A DNA stretch of 24,000 bases from Sulfuriferula sp. (GTDB lineage: Bacteria; Pseudomonadota; Gammaproteobacteria; Burkholderiales; Sulfuriferulaceae). Shown in pieces: positions 8,068 through 19,824 of this stretch. The DNA lies in the NCBI GenBank assembly GCA_031291235.1, contig JARLJL010000009.1, positions 224,208-248,207 of the forward strand. The letters run 5' to 3'. Position 1 is the first letter of the stretch. Every line of letters starts with the position of its first letter. Made by a program: the position numbers and the translations under genes. Below the pieces are notes generated by a model that was not told the origin of the DNA, searched no databases, and was given only the letters and a program-made list of their open reading frames with translations.

Positions 8068-10053
8068 ATGGCAACTCGTACCGAACTCGCAAACGCCATC
8101 CGCGCGCTAGCTATGGATGCCGTGGAAAAAGCCAAATCGGGCCACCCCGGTGCGCCTATGGGCATGGCCGAAATCGCGGAAGTGGTGTGGAATCATCACC
8201 TGCGTCACAACCCGGCCAACCCGCACTGGTTTGATCGTGACCGCTTCGTGCTGTCCAACGGTCACGGCTCGATGCTGATTTACGCGCTGTTGCACCTGAC
8301 TGGCTACGACTTACCTATCGAAGAGCTGAAAAATTTCCGCCAGCTGCATTCCAAGACACCGGGCCATCCTGAACTGGGCTACACCCCAGGCGTGGAAACC
8401 ACGACCGGGCCGTTGGGTCAAGGCATCACCAACGCCGTGGGTATGGCGATGGCAGAAAAGCTGCTGGCAGCCCAATTCAACAAACCCGACCACGAAATCG
8501 TCAACCACAGCACCTACGTATTTCTGGGCGATGGCTGCCTGATGGAAGGTATTTCCCACGAAGCCTGTGCGCTGGCCGGCACCTGGGGTCTGGGCAAACT
8601 GACCGCATTCTGGGACGACAACGGCATTTCCATCGACGGTCACGTTGAAGGCTGGTTTACCGACGACACGCCCAAGCGTTTCGAATCCTACGGCTGGCAC
8701 GTTATCGCCGGCGTAGACGGCCATAACGCCGAAGCCGTCGAAGCCGCCGTACAAGCTGCCAAAGCTGTTACCGACAAGCCCAGCCTGATTTGCTGCAAAA
8801 CCATCATCGGCAAAGGCTCGCCCAACAAGGAAGGCACGCACGATGTGCACGGTGCTGCACTAGGCGCGCAGGAAATCGCCGATACCCGCAAAAACATCGG
8901 CTGGAATCATGCGCCGTTTGAAATCCCTGCCGACGTATATGAAGGCTGGGACGCACGCACCAAGGGCGCTGGCCTGGAAAGCCTGTGGGACAACAAGTTC
9001 GCAGAATACGCCAAAGCCTATCCTGCAGAAGCAGCGGAATTCACCCGCCGCATGACAGGCGAGCTGCCGGCCAACTGGAACGAATTCCTGGCTGGTGCAA
9101 TCGCTGCCGTCAATGCCAAGGCTGAAACCGTTGCTACCCGCAAGGCATCGCAAATCGCCATCAATGCGCTGGCTCCGGCCCTGCCTGAATTTCTCGGCGG
9201 CTCTGCCGACCTGACCGGCTCCAACCTGACCAACTGGACAGGCTGCCACCACGTCCACGGCAAGAGCGTCGGCAACTACATTTCCTACGGCGTGCGCGAA
9301 TTCGGCATGAGCCACATCATGAACGGCATGTCCCTGCACGGCGGTTTGCTGCCGTTCGGCGGCACCTTCCTGATGTTCTCGGAATACGCCCGCAATGCAT
9401 TGCGCATGTCCGCACTGATGAAGAAACGCGTGATCTACGTCTTCACCCACGACTCCATCGGTCTGGGCGAAGACGGCCCTACCCATCAGCCGGTTGAACA
9501 GACTGCGACCTTGCGCATGATCCCGAACATGGACGTATGGCGCCCTTGCGACACGCTGGAAACCATCGTTGCCTGGGGTCAGGGCGTCAGCCGCACCACT
9601 GGCCCGACCAGCCTGATCCTGAGCCGCCAGAATCTGCCGTTCATGGCGCGCGACGAAGCCACCATCGCCAATGTCGCCCGCGGCGGTTATGTGCTCAAGG
9701 ATGTAGCCGATCCCAAGGTTGTGCTGATCGCTACCGGTTCGGAAATCGAACTGGCAGTCAAGGCGCAAGCCGTGCTTGCCGAACAAGGTATCGCAGCACG
9801 CGTCGTATCCATACCTTCCACCAATGTATTTGACCGCCAGGATGCCGCATACAAGGCCAGCGTACTGCCCAAGGGTATCGTGCGCGTCGCTATCGAAGCC
9901 GGCGTTTCCGACTTCTGGCGCAAGTATGTCGGTCTGGAAGGCGCTGTCGTCGGCATGGATACCTTCGGCGAATCCGCTCCGGCTCCGGAACTGTTCAAAC
10001 ACTTTGGCTTCACCGTAGACAATGTGGTGAATACTGTCAAAGGCGTACTGTAA
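8068..10053 (+). CDS. tkt: Transketolase
   Basis: 661 aa. N-terminus is [25 protein letters not shown]. The TPP-binding region is [15 protein letters not shown]. Later motifs include [19 protein letters not shown]. An AAGGAA Shine-Dalgarno sequence lies upstream. Confidence 0.97.
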   Translation: MATRTELANAIRALAMDAVEKAKSGHPGAPMGMAEIAEVVWNHHLRHNPANPHWFDRDRFVLSNGHGSMLIYALLHLTGYDLPIEELKNFRQLHSKTPGHPELGYTPGVETTTGPLGQGITNAVGMAMAEKLLAAQFNKPDHEIVNHSTYVFLGDGCLMEGISHEACALAGTWGLGKLTAFWDDNGISIDGHVEGWFTDDTPKRFESYGWHVIAGVDGHNAEAVEAAVQAAKAVTDKPSLICCKTIIGKGSPNKEGTHDVHGAALGAQEIADTRKNIGWNHAPFEIPADVYEGWDARTKGAGLESLWDNKFAEYAKAYPAEAAEFTRRMTGELPANWNEFLAGAIAAVNAKAETVATRKASQIAINALAPALPEFLGGSADLTGSNLTNWTGCHHVHGKSVGNYISYGVREFGMSHIMNGMSLHGGLLPFGGTFLMFSEYARNALRMSALMKKRVIYVFTHDSIGLGEDGPTHQPVEQTATLRMIPNMDVWRPCDTLETIVAWGQGVSRTTGPTSLILSRQNLPFMARDEATIANVARGGYVLKDVADPKVVLIATGSEIELAVKAQAVLAEQGIAARVVSIPSTNVFDRQDAAYKASVLPKGIVRVAIEAGVSDFWRKYVGLEGAVVGMDTFGESAPAPELFKHFGFTVDNVVNTVKGVL

Positions 10054-10068
10054 TTCAGCATCCTTAAA

Positions 10069-10118
10069 CCGCTATCGCGCGCTCATGCGCCGCGATGGCG
10101 GCTGCTACCGTTTTTTTT
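10069..10118 (+). terminator. GC-rich hairpin followed (after 9 nt) by a T8 tract between tkt and gap; possible partial terminator/attenuator
   Basis: ccgctatcgcg (10069-10079) pairs with cgcgatggcgg (10091-10101), giving 11 bp including one G-U pair. The T8 run is at 10111-10118. The T tract is not contiguous with the stem, so this is not a canonical intrinsic terminator. Confidence 0.35.
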
Positions 10119-10126
10119 ATCGCTAA

Positions 10127-11137
<1,011 letters not shown>

Positions 11138-11154
11138 TAAGATCGGCAAATAAT

Positions 11155-11193
11155 CGAACGCTGTATCGGGTCTGATGCCTGATACAGCGTTCG
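11155..11193 (+). other. Perfect 13-bp stem / 13-nt loop intercistronic hairpin between gap and pgk (no U tract)
   Basis: cgaacgctgtatc (11155-11167) is the exact reverse complement of gatacagcgttcg (11181-11193). It is followed by acacgtt rather than a T run, so it is more likely an RNA-stability or processing element than a terminator. Confidence 0.6.
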
Positions 11194-11265
11194 ACACGTT
11201 ACAGCGTGAGCTTTAAGGACTGGCCGGCGCCACCCCTTAAACCTTACTTTAATCTGGAGAACATT

Positions 11266-12450
11266 ATGGCTTTTATCCGAGTTACCGATCTCGATCTCAA
11301 GGGCAAACGCGTTTTCATCCGTGCCGACATGAACGTCCCCGTCAAGGACGGTAAAGTCACTTCCGACGCCCGCATCACCGCATCCATGCGCACTATCGAA
11401 CACTGCCTGAAGGCCGGTGCCAAGGTGATGGTTACCTCGCATCTGGGCCGCCCGACTGAAGGCGAATACTCCGAGGAAAACTCGCTCAAGCCGGTTGCCG
11501 ATGTACTGTCTGCCAACCTGAGAAAACCCGTACGCCTGATCAAGGACTGGATCGACGGCGGTTTCGACGTTGCCGAAGGCGAACTGGTACTGCTGGAAAA
11601 CGTACGTTTCAACATTGGCGAAAAGAAAAACGTCGATGAAACCGCAAAAAAATACGCTGCACTGTGCGACGTGTTCGTAATGGACGCCTTCGGTACCGCT
11701 CACCGCGCCGAAGCCTCCACCCACGGCGTTGCCAAATTTGCGCCCATCGCCGCTGCCGGCATCCTGCTGACCGAAGAACTGGAAGCCCTGACCAAGGCGC
11801 TGTTGAGCCCTGCACGCCCGATGGTTGCCATCGTTGGCGGCTCCAAGGTTTCAACCAAACTCACCGTGCTTGAAGCCCTGTCCGAAAAAGTGGACCAAAT
11901 GGTCGTAGGCGGCGGCATTGCCAATACCTTCATCAAGGCTACCGGCAAGAATGTCGGCAAATCGCTGTGCGAAGACGACCTGGTACCTGTTGCACAAGCC
12001 CTGATGGCAAAGATGACAGCACGCGGCGCGACCATCCCGGTTGCCGTCGATGTGGTTTGCGGCAAGAAATTCGACGCAAATGAACCCGCTGTGCTGAAAA
12101 ACGCCGATGCAGTGGCCGACGACGACATGATTTTCGATATCGGTCCCAAGTCCGCCCAGGAACTCGCCGACATCATCATGAAAGCCGGTACCGTAGTATG
12201 GAACGGCCCGGTAGGCGTATTTGAATTCGACCAGTTCGGCGCCGGCACCAAAACCATCGCCGATGCTATCGCCAACACCAGCGCATTCACGCTGGCCGGC
12301 GGCGGCGACACCATTGCCGCCATCCAAAAATATGACATTTACGACAAAGTGTCTTATATTTCCACTGCAGGCGGCGCATTCCTCGAATTCCTCGAAGGCA
12401 AAAAATTGCCGGCCGTAGACATTCTGGAACAACGTGCTGCAGCAAAATGA
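11266..12450 (+). CDS. pgk: Phosphoglycerate kinase
   Basis: The ORF track starts at 11206. Homology-consistent N-terminus [26 protein letters not shown] begins at the ATG at 11266, preceded by GGAGA (11256-11260). The body is typical PGK ([21 protein letters not shown]). Confidence 0.95.
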   Translation: MAFIRVTDLDLKGKRVFIRADMNVPVKDGKVTSDARITASMRTIEHCLKAGAKVMVTSHLGRPTEGEYSEENSLKPVADVLSANLRKPVRLIKDWIDGGFDVAEGELVLLENVRFNIGEKKNVDETAKKYAALCDVFVMDAFGTAHRAEASTHGVAKFAPIAAAGILLTEELEALTKALLSPARPMVAIVGGSKVSTKLTVLEALSEKVDQMVVGGGIANTFIKATGKNVGKSLCEDDLVPVAQALMAKMTARGATIPVAVDVVCGKKFDANEPAVLKNADAVADDDMIFDIGPKSAQELADIIMKAGTVVWNGPVGVFEFDQFGAGTKTIADAIANTSAFTLAGGGDTIAAIQKYDIYDKVSYISTAGGAFLEFLEGKKLPAVDILEQRAAAK

Positions 12451-12458
12451 GTAGAATA

Positions 12459-12480
12459 GCGGGTGCATAGTGGCACCCGC
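12459..12480 (+). other. 8-bp GC-rich hairpin (gcgggtgc/gcacccgc, 6-nt loop) between pgk and pyk
   Basis: A perfect inverted repeat at 12459-12466 and 12473-12480, 9 nt after the pgk stop. No U tract follows. Confidence 0.45.
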
Positions 12481-12516
12481 CCCACTTTAGTCGACTCACG
12501 AACTGGTAAACTTTCA

Positions 12517-13959
12517 ATGATACGCAGAACTAAAATCGTCGCCACATTAGGTCCGGCCTCTAACGACGCAAAAGTATTAGACAAAATGATGGAAGCCGGA
12601 CTCGATGTAGTTCGCCTTAACTTTTCTCACGGCACGGCTCAGGACCATATCGATCGCGCCGAGCTGGTACGCTCGCTGGCTCGAGCTCGCGGCCGCGCAA
12701 TCGGCGTGCTGGCCGATTTGCAAGGCCCGAAAATACGCGTAGGCAAATTCGCCGATACCAAAATCACGCTGGCAACCGGCGACCGCTTTATTCTGGATGC
12801 CAATTGCACGCTGGGCAATCAGGAACGCGTCGGTCTCGACTACAAGGACCTGCCCAAGGATCTGGAACGTGGCGCAACCCTGCTGCTCGACGACGGACGT
12901 ATCGAAATGTGGGTCGAAGAAGTCAAAGGTGCGGAAATCATCTGCAAAGTCATACAGGGCGGCGTGCTCTCCAACAACAAAGGCATCAACCGCAAAGGCG
13001 GTGGCCTGTCCGCCGCAGCATTGACCGACAAGGACATGGAAGACCTGAAAACGGCTGCCGCGCTTCAAGCCGATTACATCGCCATTTCATTCCCGCGTTC
13101 GGCTGACGATATGCATCTGGCACGGCGCCTGCTCAAGGAAGCCGGCGGTCACGGCATGCTGGTCGCCAAAATCGAACGCGCCGAAGCCATTGAAGCCCTG
13201 GAAGAGATCGTACTGGCGTCGGATGCCATCATGGTAGCGCGCGGCGATCTGGGTGTGGAAGTCGGCGATGCTGCCGTTCCCGCCCTGCAGAAAAAAATGA
13301 TCCGCATGGCTCGCAAACACAATAAACCTGTCATTACTGCCACGCAAATGATGGAATCGATGATACAAAATCCGATTCCAACCCGCGCCGAAGTGTCCGA
13401 CGTTGCCAATGCCGTACTGGATGGTACCGATGCCGTGATGCTATCAGCAGAAACGGCTGCCGGTTCCTATCCGGTCGAAGCCATCGCCGCGATGCACCGC
13501 GTTTGTATCGAAGCGGAAAAAGAGCAGGAACAGGAATTCAGCAGCAACAAACTGGACAAGGAAGTTGCCCGTGTCGACGAATCGGTGGCGCTGGCTGCGA
13601 TCTTTACCGCAACCCACCTGGACAATGTCAAGGCAATTGCAGCATTAACCCAGTCCGGATCAACCTGCTTATGGATGTCGCGCATCAGTACTGCGGTACC
13701 GATCTACGCGCTCACACCGGAAGTTTCTACCCGCCGCAAAGTCACGTTGTATCGCGGCGTGTACCCGATCAATTTCAAAGTGGATACCAAGGATCGCGAT
13801 GCCCTGCTAATCGAAGCAGAGGAAGAATTGCGTCGCCGCGGCGCCGTCCGCGAAGGCGACCAGATCGTGCTCACCATAGGCGAACCCATCGGTGAGGCCG
13901 GCGGTACCAACACCATGAAAATTGTGAAAGTGGGCGAATACAAGCATCGCAAAAATTAA
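12517..13959 (+). CDS. pyk: Pyruvate kinase
   Basis: The ORF track starts at 12463. The canonical N-terminus [15 protein letters not shown] begins at the ATG at 12517. PK motifs are present ([26 protein letters not shown]). No clear Shine-Dalgarno sequence precedes either start. Confidence 0.93.
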   Translation: MIRRTKIVATLGPASNDAKVLDKMMEAGLDVVRLNFSHGTAQDHIDRAELVRSLARARGRAIGVLADLQGPKIRVGKFADTKITLATGDRFILDANCTLGNQERVGLDYKDLPKDLERGATLLLDDGRIEMWVEEVKGAEIICKVIQGGVLSNNKGINRKGGGLSAAALTDKDMEDLKTAAALQADYIAISFPRSADDMHLARRLLKEAGGHGMLVAKIERAEAIEALEEIVLASDAIMVARGDLGVEVGDAAVPALQKKMIRMARKHNKPVITATQMMESMIQNPIPTRAEVSDVANAVLDGTDAVMLSAETAAGSYPVEAIAAMHRVCIEAEKEQEQEFSSNKLDKEVARVDESVALAAIFTATHLDNVKAIAALTQSGSTCLWMSRISTAVPIYALTPEVSTRRKVTLYRGVYPINFKVDTKDRDALLIEAEEELRRRGAVREGDQIVLTIGEPIGEAGGTNTMKIVKVGEYKHRKN

Positions 13960-13985
13960 TTTATTTACTTACCAAGGAGATTAAA

Positions 13986-15050
13986 ATGGCACTCGTTTCA
14001 TTACGCCAATTGCTAGACCATGCTGCTGAAAACGGCTATGGCTTGCCGGCTTTCAACGTTAACAACCTCGAACAAGTGCACGCCATCATGCAAGCTGCCG
14101 ATGCATGCGGCAGCCCTGTCATCATGCAGGCATCCGCCGGTGCGCGCAAATACGCCGGCGCCAGCTTCCTGCGCCACCTGATCACCGCTGCGGTTGAAGC
14201 TTATCCGCATATCCCGGTAGTCATGCACCAGGATCACGGTGCCAGCATGCCGGTTTGCGTACGTTCGATTACCGATGGTTTCTCATCGGTGATGATGGAC
14301 GGCTCGTTGAAAGAAGACGCCAAAACGCCTGCCAGCTACGAATACAACGTCGAAATCACCCGCAAAGTTGTCGAAATCGCTCATGCAGTCGGCGTGTCGG
14401 TTGAAGGCGAATTGGGTTGCCTAGGCTCTCTGGAAACCGGCATGGCCGGCGAAGAAGACGGCGTTGGCGCAGAAGGCACGCTGGATCACTCGCAACTGCT
14501 GACCGATCCTGAAGAAGCCGCCGATTTCGTCAAGAAAACCGGTGTAGACGCACTGGCTATCGCTATCGGCACCTCGCACGGCGCATACAAATTCACCCGT
14601 CCACCTACGGGCGACATTCTGGCAATCGGTCGTATCAAGGAAATCCACGCACGCATCCCTAACACCCACCTGGTGATGCACGGCTCTTCCTCGGTTCCTC
14701 AGGAATGGCTGAAAATCATTAACGATTTCGGCGGCGACATGGGCGAAACCTACGGCGTGCCAGTCGAGGAAATCGTTGAAGGCATCAAGCACGGCGTGCG
14801 CAAGGTCAACATCGATACCGACCTGCGCATGGCATCTACCGGTGCAGTGCGTAAATTCCTGGCTGAAAACAAATCGGAATTCGATCCGCGCAAATTCCTG
14901 ATCGCTTCCACCAAAGCCATGCAGGAAATCTGCCGTCTGCGTTACGAAGCTTTCGGTTCTGCAGGCCAAGCCAGCAAAATCAAACCGATTGATCTGGAAA
15001 AGATGGCTGCCAAGTACGTCAAGGGCGAATTGGCTGCTGTCGTCAAGTAA
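13986..15050 (+). CDS. fba: Fructose-bisphosphate aldolase, class II (CbbA/Calvin-cycle subtype, 354 aa)
   Basis: N-terminus is [30 protein letters not shown]. Class II metal-binding regions are present ([23 protein letters not shown]). An AAGGAG Shine-Dalgarno sequence sits at 13974-13979. Confidence 0.95.
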   Translation: MALVSLRQLLDHAAENGYGLPAFNVNNLEQVHAIMQAADACGSPVIMQASAGARKYAGASFLRHLITAAVEAYPHIPVVMHQDHGASMPVCVRSITDGFSSVMMDGSLKEDAKTPASYEYNVEITRKVVEIAHAVGVSVEGELGCLGSLETGMAGEEDGVGAEGTLDHSQLLTDPEEAADFVKKTGVDALAIAIGTSHGAYKFTRPPTGDILAIGRIKEIHARIPNTHLVMHGSSSVPQEWLKIINDFGGDMGETYGVPVEEIVEGIKHGVRKVNIDTDLRMASTGAVRKFLAENKSEFDPRKFLIASTKAMQEICRLRYEAFGSAGQASKIKPIDLEKMAAKYVKGELAAVVK

Positions 15051-15064
15051 TTCGTTTCACCCAT

Positions 15065-15092
15065 AAAAAAGGCAGCTTCGGCTGCCTTTTTT
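15065..15092. terminator. Bidirectional intrinsic terminator shared by convergent fba and corC
   Basis: aaaaaaggcagc-ttcg-gctgcctttttt is a perfect 12-nt inverted repeat. It has a GC core stem (15071-15076 and 15081-15086), a UUCG tetraloop and a T6 tract (15087-15092) mirrored by A6 (15065-15070). It lies 14 nt after the fba stop and 7 nt after the corC stop. Confidence 0.9.
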
Positions 15093-15099
15093 ATTTAGC

Positions 15100-15942
15100 C
15101 TATTGCTGGCTAGCCGTTTCAGGCTGCATCTTTTTTTCTACCAGCAGCGTATGCACGCGCCGCGTATCGGCACGCAGCACCTCGAATTTAAGCCCGTCGA
15201 ACACGATGGTCTCACCGCGCTTGGGCATGTGGCCGAAACGATTTACCACCAGTCCGGCTATAGTGTCGTAATCGGCATCATCCAGCTCAGTCCCCATCAC
15301 CTCATTAAAATCGGCGATCTCGGTCACCGCCTTGACGCGATAACGCCCACCCTTGTCCTGAATGATATTGTCTTCAGTCTCATCGAAATCGTATTCGTCC
15401 TCGATATCGCCGACTATCTGTTCGAGCACGTCTTCTATCGTCACCAGCCCGGCAACGCCGCCATACTCATCGACCACGATGGCCATATGATTACGGCTGG
15501 CGCGGAACTCCTTGAGCAACACGTTCAAACGTTTGGATTCGGGGATAAACACGGCGGGGCGCAACATTTCGCGCACATGGAAGCTGGATTCGGCATAAAA
15601 ACGCAGCAGATCCTTGGCCAGCAGGATACCGATAATATCGTCCTTGTTTTTATCGAATACGGGAAAACGCGAGTGCGCAGTTTCTATCACGACCGGAATG
15701 AAAGCGTGCGGCGGATCGTTGATATCGATCACATCCATTTGCGCCCGGGGGATCATGATATCGCGCACCTGAATTTCGGAAACCTGCAACACGCCTTCTA
15801 TCATTGCCAGCGCGTCGGCATCAAGCAGATTGTGCTGATATGCACCCTGCATGATATCCAGTAACTCGTCGCGCGTCTCCGGCTCGTGATTGAGCAATGC
15901 CCCCAGACGCTCGAACCAGCTCGGTTTGGAAGGTTCATCCAT
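15100..15942 (-). CDS. corC: CorC/HlyC-family magnesium/cobalt efflux-associated protein (CBS pair + transporter-associated domain)
   Basis: The ORF track extends to 15996. The family-typical N-terminus MDEPSKPSWFERL starts at 15942 and overlaps the ybeY stop by 8 nt. It has a CBS-pair region and a C-terminal CorC_HlyC-like region (ADFNEVMGTELDDADYDTIAGLV...FEVL). Confidence 0.88.
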   Translation of the reverse strand: MDEPSKPSWFERLGALLNHEPETRDELLDIMQGAYQHNLLDADALAMIEGVLQVSEIQVRDIMIPRAQMDVIDINDPPHAFIPVVIETAHSRFPVFDKNKDDIIGILLAKDLLRFYAESSFHVREMLRPAVFIPESKRLNVLLKEFRASRNHMAIVVDEYGGVAGLVTIEDVLEQIVGDIEDEYDFDETEDNIIQDKGGRYRVKAVTEIADFNEVMGTELDDADYDTIAGLVVNRFGHMPKRGETIVFDGLKFEVLRADTRRVHTLLVEKKMQPETASQQ

Positions 15943-16447
15943 GATACTGTGACTCCATCTCAGAATAAGGGTCGGGGAAGCCCAACCCGGTAACAATTGC
16001 TATTTCCCGTGCTTCCATTTGTGCCGCATCTGCCTCGTTTTCATGATCGTAACCGTGCAGATGCAGCACGCCGTGTACGATCAGATGCGCATAATGCGCC
16101 AATACGGACTTACCCTGTTCCTGCGCTTCGCGCGTGACTACCGGCGCACACAGCACCAGATCGCCCAGCACAACCGGAGCCGTTTCGTATACAAACGATA
16201 GCACATTGGTTGCGTAATCCTTGTGACGATAGTCGTGATTAAGCTGTCGGCCTTCGACTTCGTTGACGATGCGCAAGGTGATTTCAGCGTCGCGCTCCAG
16301 CGCGGCACGGGCGAATTTGATGATTTGAATACGGCTGGGTGCATCTGCGGCCCGCATGGCGCGTTGAACCGAAACGGTTAAACGCGGATGCGGGACAGGA
16401 CTTCGGGGGGAGGGTTCAGCGGGCTTGATCACGTTTTTCATATGCAT
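15935..16447 (-). CDS. ybeY: Endoribonuclease YbeY (rRNA maturation factor)
   Basis: It has the zinc motif HGVLHLHGYDH, and YRHKDYATNVLSF. The start is uncertain: ATG at 16447 or 16441, or GTG at 16432. All three overlap the 3' end of ybeZ. Confidence 0.88.
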   Translation of the reverse strand: MHMKNVIKPAEPSPRSPVPHPRLTVSVQRAMRAADAPSRIQIIKFARAALERDAEITLRIVNEVEGRQLNHDYRHKDYATNVLSFVYETAPVVLGDLVLCAPVVTREAQEQGKSVLAHYAHLIVHGVLHLHGYDHENEADAAQMEAREIAIVTGLGFPDPYSEMESQYHG

Positions 16448-17351
16448 TAACGATGCGGGCGACCAAAGGATGGCGCACTACGTCATCTGACTGGAAATGA
16501 GTAAAGGCGATACCGCGAACGTCCTGCAACACTTCGCCGGCATCGACCAGCCCGCTCTTCTGGTGGCGCGCCAGATCGACCTGCGTCACATCGCCGGTAA
16601 TGACGGCTTTGGAACCGAAGCCGATGCGTGTCAGGAACATTTTCATCTGTTCCGGCGTGGTGTTCTGCGCTTCGTCCAGAATGATGAACGCCTGATTCAA
16701 GGTGCGTCCGCGCATATACGCCAGCGGTGCAATTTCTATCGTGCCGCGTTCAAAAAACTTGCCCATTTTATCGGAGCCCATAAGATCGTATAACGCATCA
16801 TACAACGGACGCAGATACGGGTCGATTTTTTGCGCCAGATCGCCGGGCAGGAATCCCAGACGTTCGCCGGCTTCAACTGCAGGACGCGTCAATATGATAC
16901 GCTTTACCAGATCCCGTTCCAGCGCATCCACTGCACTGGCTACGGCCAGAAATGTCTTGCCGGTACCGGCAGGGCCGACGCCGAAAGTGATGTCGTGCGC
17001 CTGTATCTGGGTGAGGTAGGTGTTTTGCCGCGGGGTGCGACCGCGCAGATCGCTGCGCCGGGTCATCAGTATGGGTGCAGTGTCGCCGGACGGCAGATCC
17101 TGATGCGCTATTTCTACCAGCGCCAGCTGTATGTCCTCGATATTCACCGGCACTGCGGCTTTTTGATAAAAATTTTCCAGCAAGGCAGCCGCGCGGCGCA
17201 TGGCTGCCGTTTTACCGGTGATATGGAAATGTTCGCCGCGCCGGGCAATGACCACATCCAGCGCAATCTCGATCTGACGCAAGTTTTCTTCCAGCGAACC
17301 GCACAAATTGGCCAGCTTGACGTTGTCGACAGGCGCGAAAGTCACTTCCAT
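16416..17351 (-). CDS. ybeZ: PhoH-like ATPase
   Basis: 311 aa with Walker A GPAGTGKTFLAVA and PhoH-family motifs (LTRPAVEAGERLGFLPGD, FIILDEAQN). It sits in the conserved miaB-ybeZ-ybeY-corC context. Confidence 0.92.
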   Translation of the reverse strand: MEVTFAPVDNVKLANLCGSLEENLRQIEIALDVVIARRGEHFHITGKTAAMRRAAALLENFYQKAAVPVNIEDIQLALVEIAHQDLPSGDTAPILMTRRSDLRGRTPRQNTYLTQIQAHDITFGVGPAGTGKTFLAVASAVDALERDLVKRIILTRPAVEAGERLGFLPGDLAQKIDPYLRPLYDALYDLMGSDKMGKFFERGTIEIAPLAYMRGRTLNQAFIILDEAQNTTPEQMKMFLTRIGFGSKAVITGDVTQVDLARHQKSGLVDAGEVLQDVRGIAFTHFQSDDVVRHPLVARIVNAYEKRDQAR

Positions 17352-18676
17352 TATTGCACGACCACTTCGCCGCGCAGGCTGTAGGTTTGGGCCTGAGTGA
17401 TTTTAACCGTCACGATTTCCCCTATCAACCGCGGATGCCCGGCGAAATGCACGCCGCGATTATTATCGGTGCGCCCGCTCAGATCGTTGGCGTCTTTTTT
17501 AGCCTGCCCCGTTACCAGCACGCGTTGCAGGGTGCCGACCATGGCCTGACTGATCGCATGCGTATTGGCATCGATGGCAGCCTGCACTCGTGCCAGGCGC
17601 GCCTGTTTTACCGCATGCGCCACATCGTCGGGCAAATCCGCTGCCGGCGTACCGGGACGCTTGCTGTAAATAAAGCTGTAGGAAGTGTCGAAACCCACCG
17701 TCTCTATCAATTGCATAGTCGCCTCAAAATCGGCATCGGTCTCACCCGGAAAACCTATAATAAAATCCGACGATATCACAATATCGGGACGAACTTCACG
17801 CAAGCGCCGGATAATCGACTTGTATTCCAGCGCGGTATACCCGCGTTTCATGGCGGCAAGTATGCGATCCGATCCCGACTGTACCGGCAAATGCAGCAGC
17901 GACACCAGTTTCGGCAAGCGCGCATAAGCCTCGATCAGGCGCGGCGTGAATTCGCGCGGATGACTGGTGGTATAGCGCAGGCGCTCGATACCGGGAATCT
18001 CATGCACGTACTCCAGCAGCAGCGCAAAATCCGCCATTTCGCCATCGGCCATCCGGCCGCGATAGGCGTTGACATTCTGTCCGAGCAGATTGACTTCTTT
18101 CACCCCTTGCGCAGCCAGTCCCGCGATCTCCGTAAGAATATCGTCAAACGGCCGCGACACTTCCTCGCCGCGCGTGTAGGGCACCACGCAGAACGAACAA
18201 TACTTGGAACAACCTTCCATGATGGAGACGAAAGCTGCGCCGCCCTCGACCTTGGCGGCCGGCAGATGATCGAATTTCTCAATTTCCGGGAAGGAAATAT
18301 CCAGCTGCGAACGTCCGCTGCTGCGCCGTTTCTCTATCAGCGCAGGCAGACGATGCAGGGTTTGCGGGCCGAACACCACATCGACATAGGGCGCCCGCGC
18401 GAGGATAGTGGCGCCTTCCTGGCTGGCCACGCAGCCGCCGACGCCGATAATGAGATCCGGTTTGGCCGCTTTCAGTTCGCGCACCCGCCCCAGATCGGAA
18501 AACACCTTCTCCTGCGCTTTTTCGCGCACCGAGCAGGTATTGAACAAAATCACGTCGGCGTCAGCCGGATCGTTGGTAGGCGTCATGCCTTCGGCTTCGC
18601 GCATCACATCCGCCATTTTGTCCGAGTCGTACTCGTTCATCTGGCAGCCAAACGTCTTGATATAGATTTTTTTCAC
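17351..18676 (-). CDS. miaB: tRNA-i6A37 methylthiotransferase (radical SAM)
   Basis: The motifs [10 protein letters not shown], radical-SAM CSKYCSFC and a C-terminal TRAM-like region are present. The ORF track extends to 18766. The family-typical N-terminus (M)[13 protein letters not shown] corresponds to the GTG at 18674-18676. An alternative ATG lies at 18700. The stop TAA overlaps the ybeZ ATG by 1 nt (TAATG). Confidence 0.9.
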   Translation of the reverse strand: MKKIYIKTFGCQMNEYDSDKMADVMREAEGMTPTNDPADADVILFNTCSVREKAQEKVFSDLGRVRELKAAKPDLIIGVGGCVASQEGATILARAPYVDVVFGPQTLHRLPALIEKRRSSGRSQLDISFPEIEKFDHLPAAKVEGGAAFVSIMEGCSKYCSFCVVPYTRGEEVSRPFDDILTEIAGLAAQGVKEVNLLGQNVNAYRGRMADGEMADFALLLEYVHEIPGIERLRYTTSHPREFTPRLIEAYARLPKLVSLLHLPVQSGSDRILAAMKRGYTALEYKSIIRRLREVRPDIVISSDFIIGFPGETDADFEATMQLIETVGFDTSYSFIYSKRPGTPAADLPDDVAHAVKQARLARVQAAIDANTHAISQAMVGTLQRVLVTGQAKKDANDLSGRTDNNRGVHFAGHPRLIGEIVTVKITQAQTYSLRGEVVVQ

Positions 18677-18780
18677 AATATTACGCCGTACAGCGAACAT
18701 TAAAATGCAGAATTCAACACCCCGCATTTTAGCATTTTTACTGCCCATCGGCGAATAAGGCCGCACCTCGCAAGCATGTC

Positions 18781-19692
18781 TCAGAACAACCGGCTATTGC
18801 CCTGCAAATGCGGCACCATCATATCAACGAAGGATCTGACTTTAGCCGATGCCTGCCGGCCCTCCCGATAAATGACATGTATCGGCATCGGCGGCGGTTC
18901 ATAGCTGGTTAGTATCGGCATCAATGCGCCCGTCTCAAACAGGCCGGCGACCTGATACGACAGGATGCGCGCAATGCCGAAACCCTGCATGGCCGTCTCT
19001 ATGGCGGCATCATTGGTCGTGACCGACAGTCTGGGTTTGACATGGATCGTTGTCGCATTGCCCGCGTGACCGAACTTCCATTCGTTGCCGGCGCCCATAT
19101 TGCTGGTATTGATGATGCAATGCTGCAGCAGCGCAGCCGGTTCTGCCGGCGTACCGTGTGCAGCGAGGTAGTCCGGCGCGGCGCACGTCACCCTACGCAC
19201 TTCGCCGACGCGAATTGCCGTCATGCCCGAATCCGGCAACTCGCCGATACGCACCGCCACATCGACGCCTTCTTCCAGCATATTGACCACTCTGTCCAGC
19301 AAGAGCGCCGACACCTCCATTGCCGGATGGCGTTGCAAAAACCCGATAATGCCGGGCAGTACGAACATCCTGCCGAATAGACTCGGCGCAGTCACCGTCA
19401 AATGGCCGCGCGGCTCAGCATTAATGCCTGCAGCCGCCTCATCAGCCTCGGCCACTTCGCCGAGTATGCGCCGCGCGTCGTCAAGATAGCGCCGACCTGC
19501 ATCCGTGACCAGCACATGGCGCGTGGTGCGGGTTAACAGCTTGACGCCCAGTTCGCGTTCGAGTCTGGCAACCGCCCGCGTCACCGCCGGCGGCGACATG
19601 CCCATACGCCGCGCGCCTGCCGCAAAACCCTGGCCCTCGGCCACGGCAACATACACCGTCATCAAATGCAGTTTATCCATATAAAACGCCAT
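18781..19692 (-). CDS. LysR-family transcriptional regulator
   Basis: 303 aa. The N-terminal wHTH is [23 protein letters not shown], followed by a LysR substrate-binding-type C-terminal domain. The start is either 19692 or the more family-typical MDKLHLM at 19680. It is divergent from the next gene. Confidence 0.9.
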   Translation of the reverse strand: MAFYMDKLHLMTVYVAVAEGQGFAAGARRMGMSPPAVTRAVARLERELGVKLLTRTTRHVLVTDAGRRYLDDARRILGEVAEADEAAAGINAEPRGHLTVTAPSLFGRMFVLPGIIGFLQRHPAMEVSALLLDRVVNMLEEGVDVAVRIGELPDSGMTAIRVGEVRRVTCAAPDYLAAHGTPAEPAALLQHCIINTSNMGAGNEWKFGHAGNATTIHVKPRLSVTTNDAAIETAMQGFGIARILSYQVAGLFETGALMPILTSYEPPPMPIHVIYREGRQASAKVRSFVDMMVPHLQGNSRLF

Positions 19693-19700
19693 TCAAAGCA

Positions 19701-19753
19701 ACAATTATCAAATTGTAATGCATGACTATTCCACTAAACACAATAATTAATTG
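19701..19753. promoter_or_regulatory. Two AT-rich dyads with shared CAAT(T)/(A)ATTG half-sites in the LysR divergent intergenic region (candidate LysR binding sites)
   Basis: ACAATT-atca-AATTGT (19701-19716) is a perfect 6-4-6 dyad overlapping a T-N11-A element (T19706...A19718). CAAT-aatta-ATTG (19741-19753) contains the palindrome AATTAATT (19745-19752). The dyad centres are about 38 bp apart and lie upstream of the PNPOx-like gene ATG at 19825. Short dyads like these can arise by chance. Position and repetition are the only support. Confidence 0.35.
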
Positions 19754-19824
19754 CGTCTGGCGGATATTCTACCCGCGACAGAATTCAGGCAAAGTTGCTC
19801 TCATCGTACCGAGGAGCCCTGACC

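Noticed and set aside
8860-10002. 380-aa minus-strand ORF antisense to tkt (also 8311..8850)
   Set aside because: Same reasoning. It mirrors the transketolase frame, has low-complexity composition, and has no family resemblance.
11206-11265. Upstream ATG extensions of pgk (11206), pyk (12463), corC (15996), the PNPOx-like gene (19795) and miaB (18766)
   Set aside because: In each case a downstream start reproduces the conserved family N-terminus. For pgk and the PNPOx-like gene the downstream start also has a better Shine-Dalgarno sequence. The extensions have no homologous counterpart in my recollection.
17354-18703. 449-aa plus-strand ORF antisense to miaB
   Set aside because: It spans almost exactly the miaB gene on the opposite strand. 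The sequence is Arg/His/Gln-rich with no motifs, so it is a shadow ORF. The same applies to 1438..2460, 3627..4295, 4595..5362, 14421..14969 and 15103..15864.
18701-18731. AT-rich inverted repeat TAAAATGC-N15-GCATTTTA between the LysR gene and miaB
   Set aside because: The stem is weak and AT-rich with a large loop and no flanking U tract. It cannot be distinguished from chance or assigned as a terminator.
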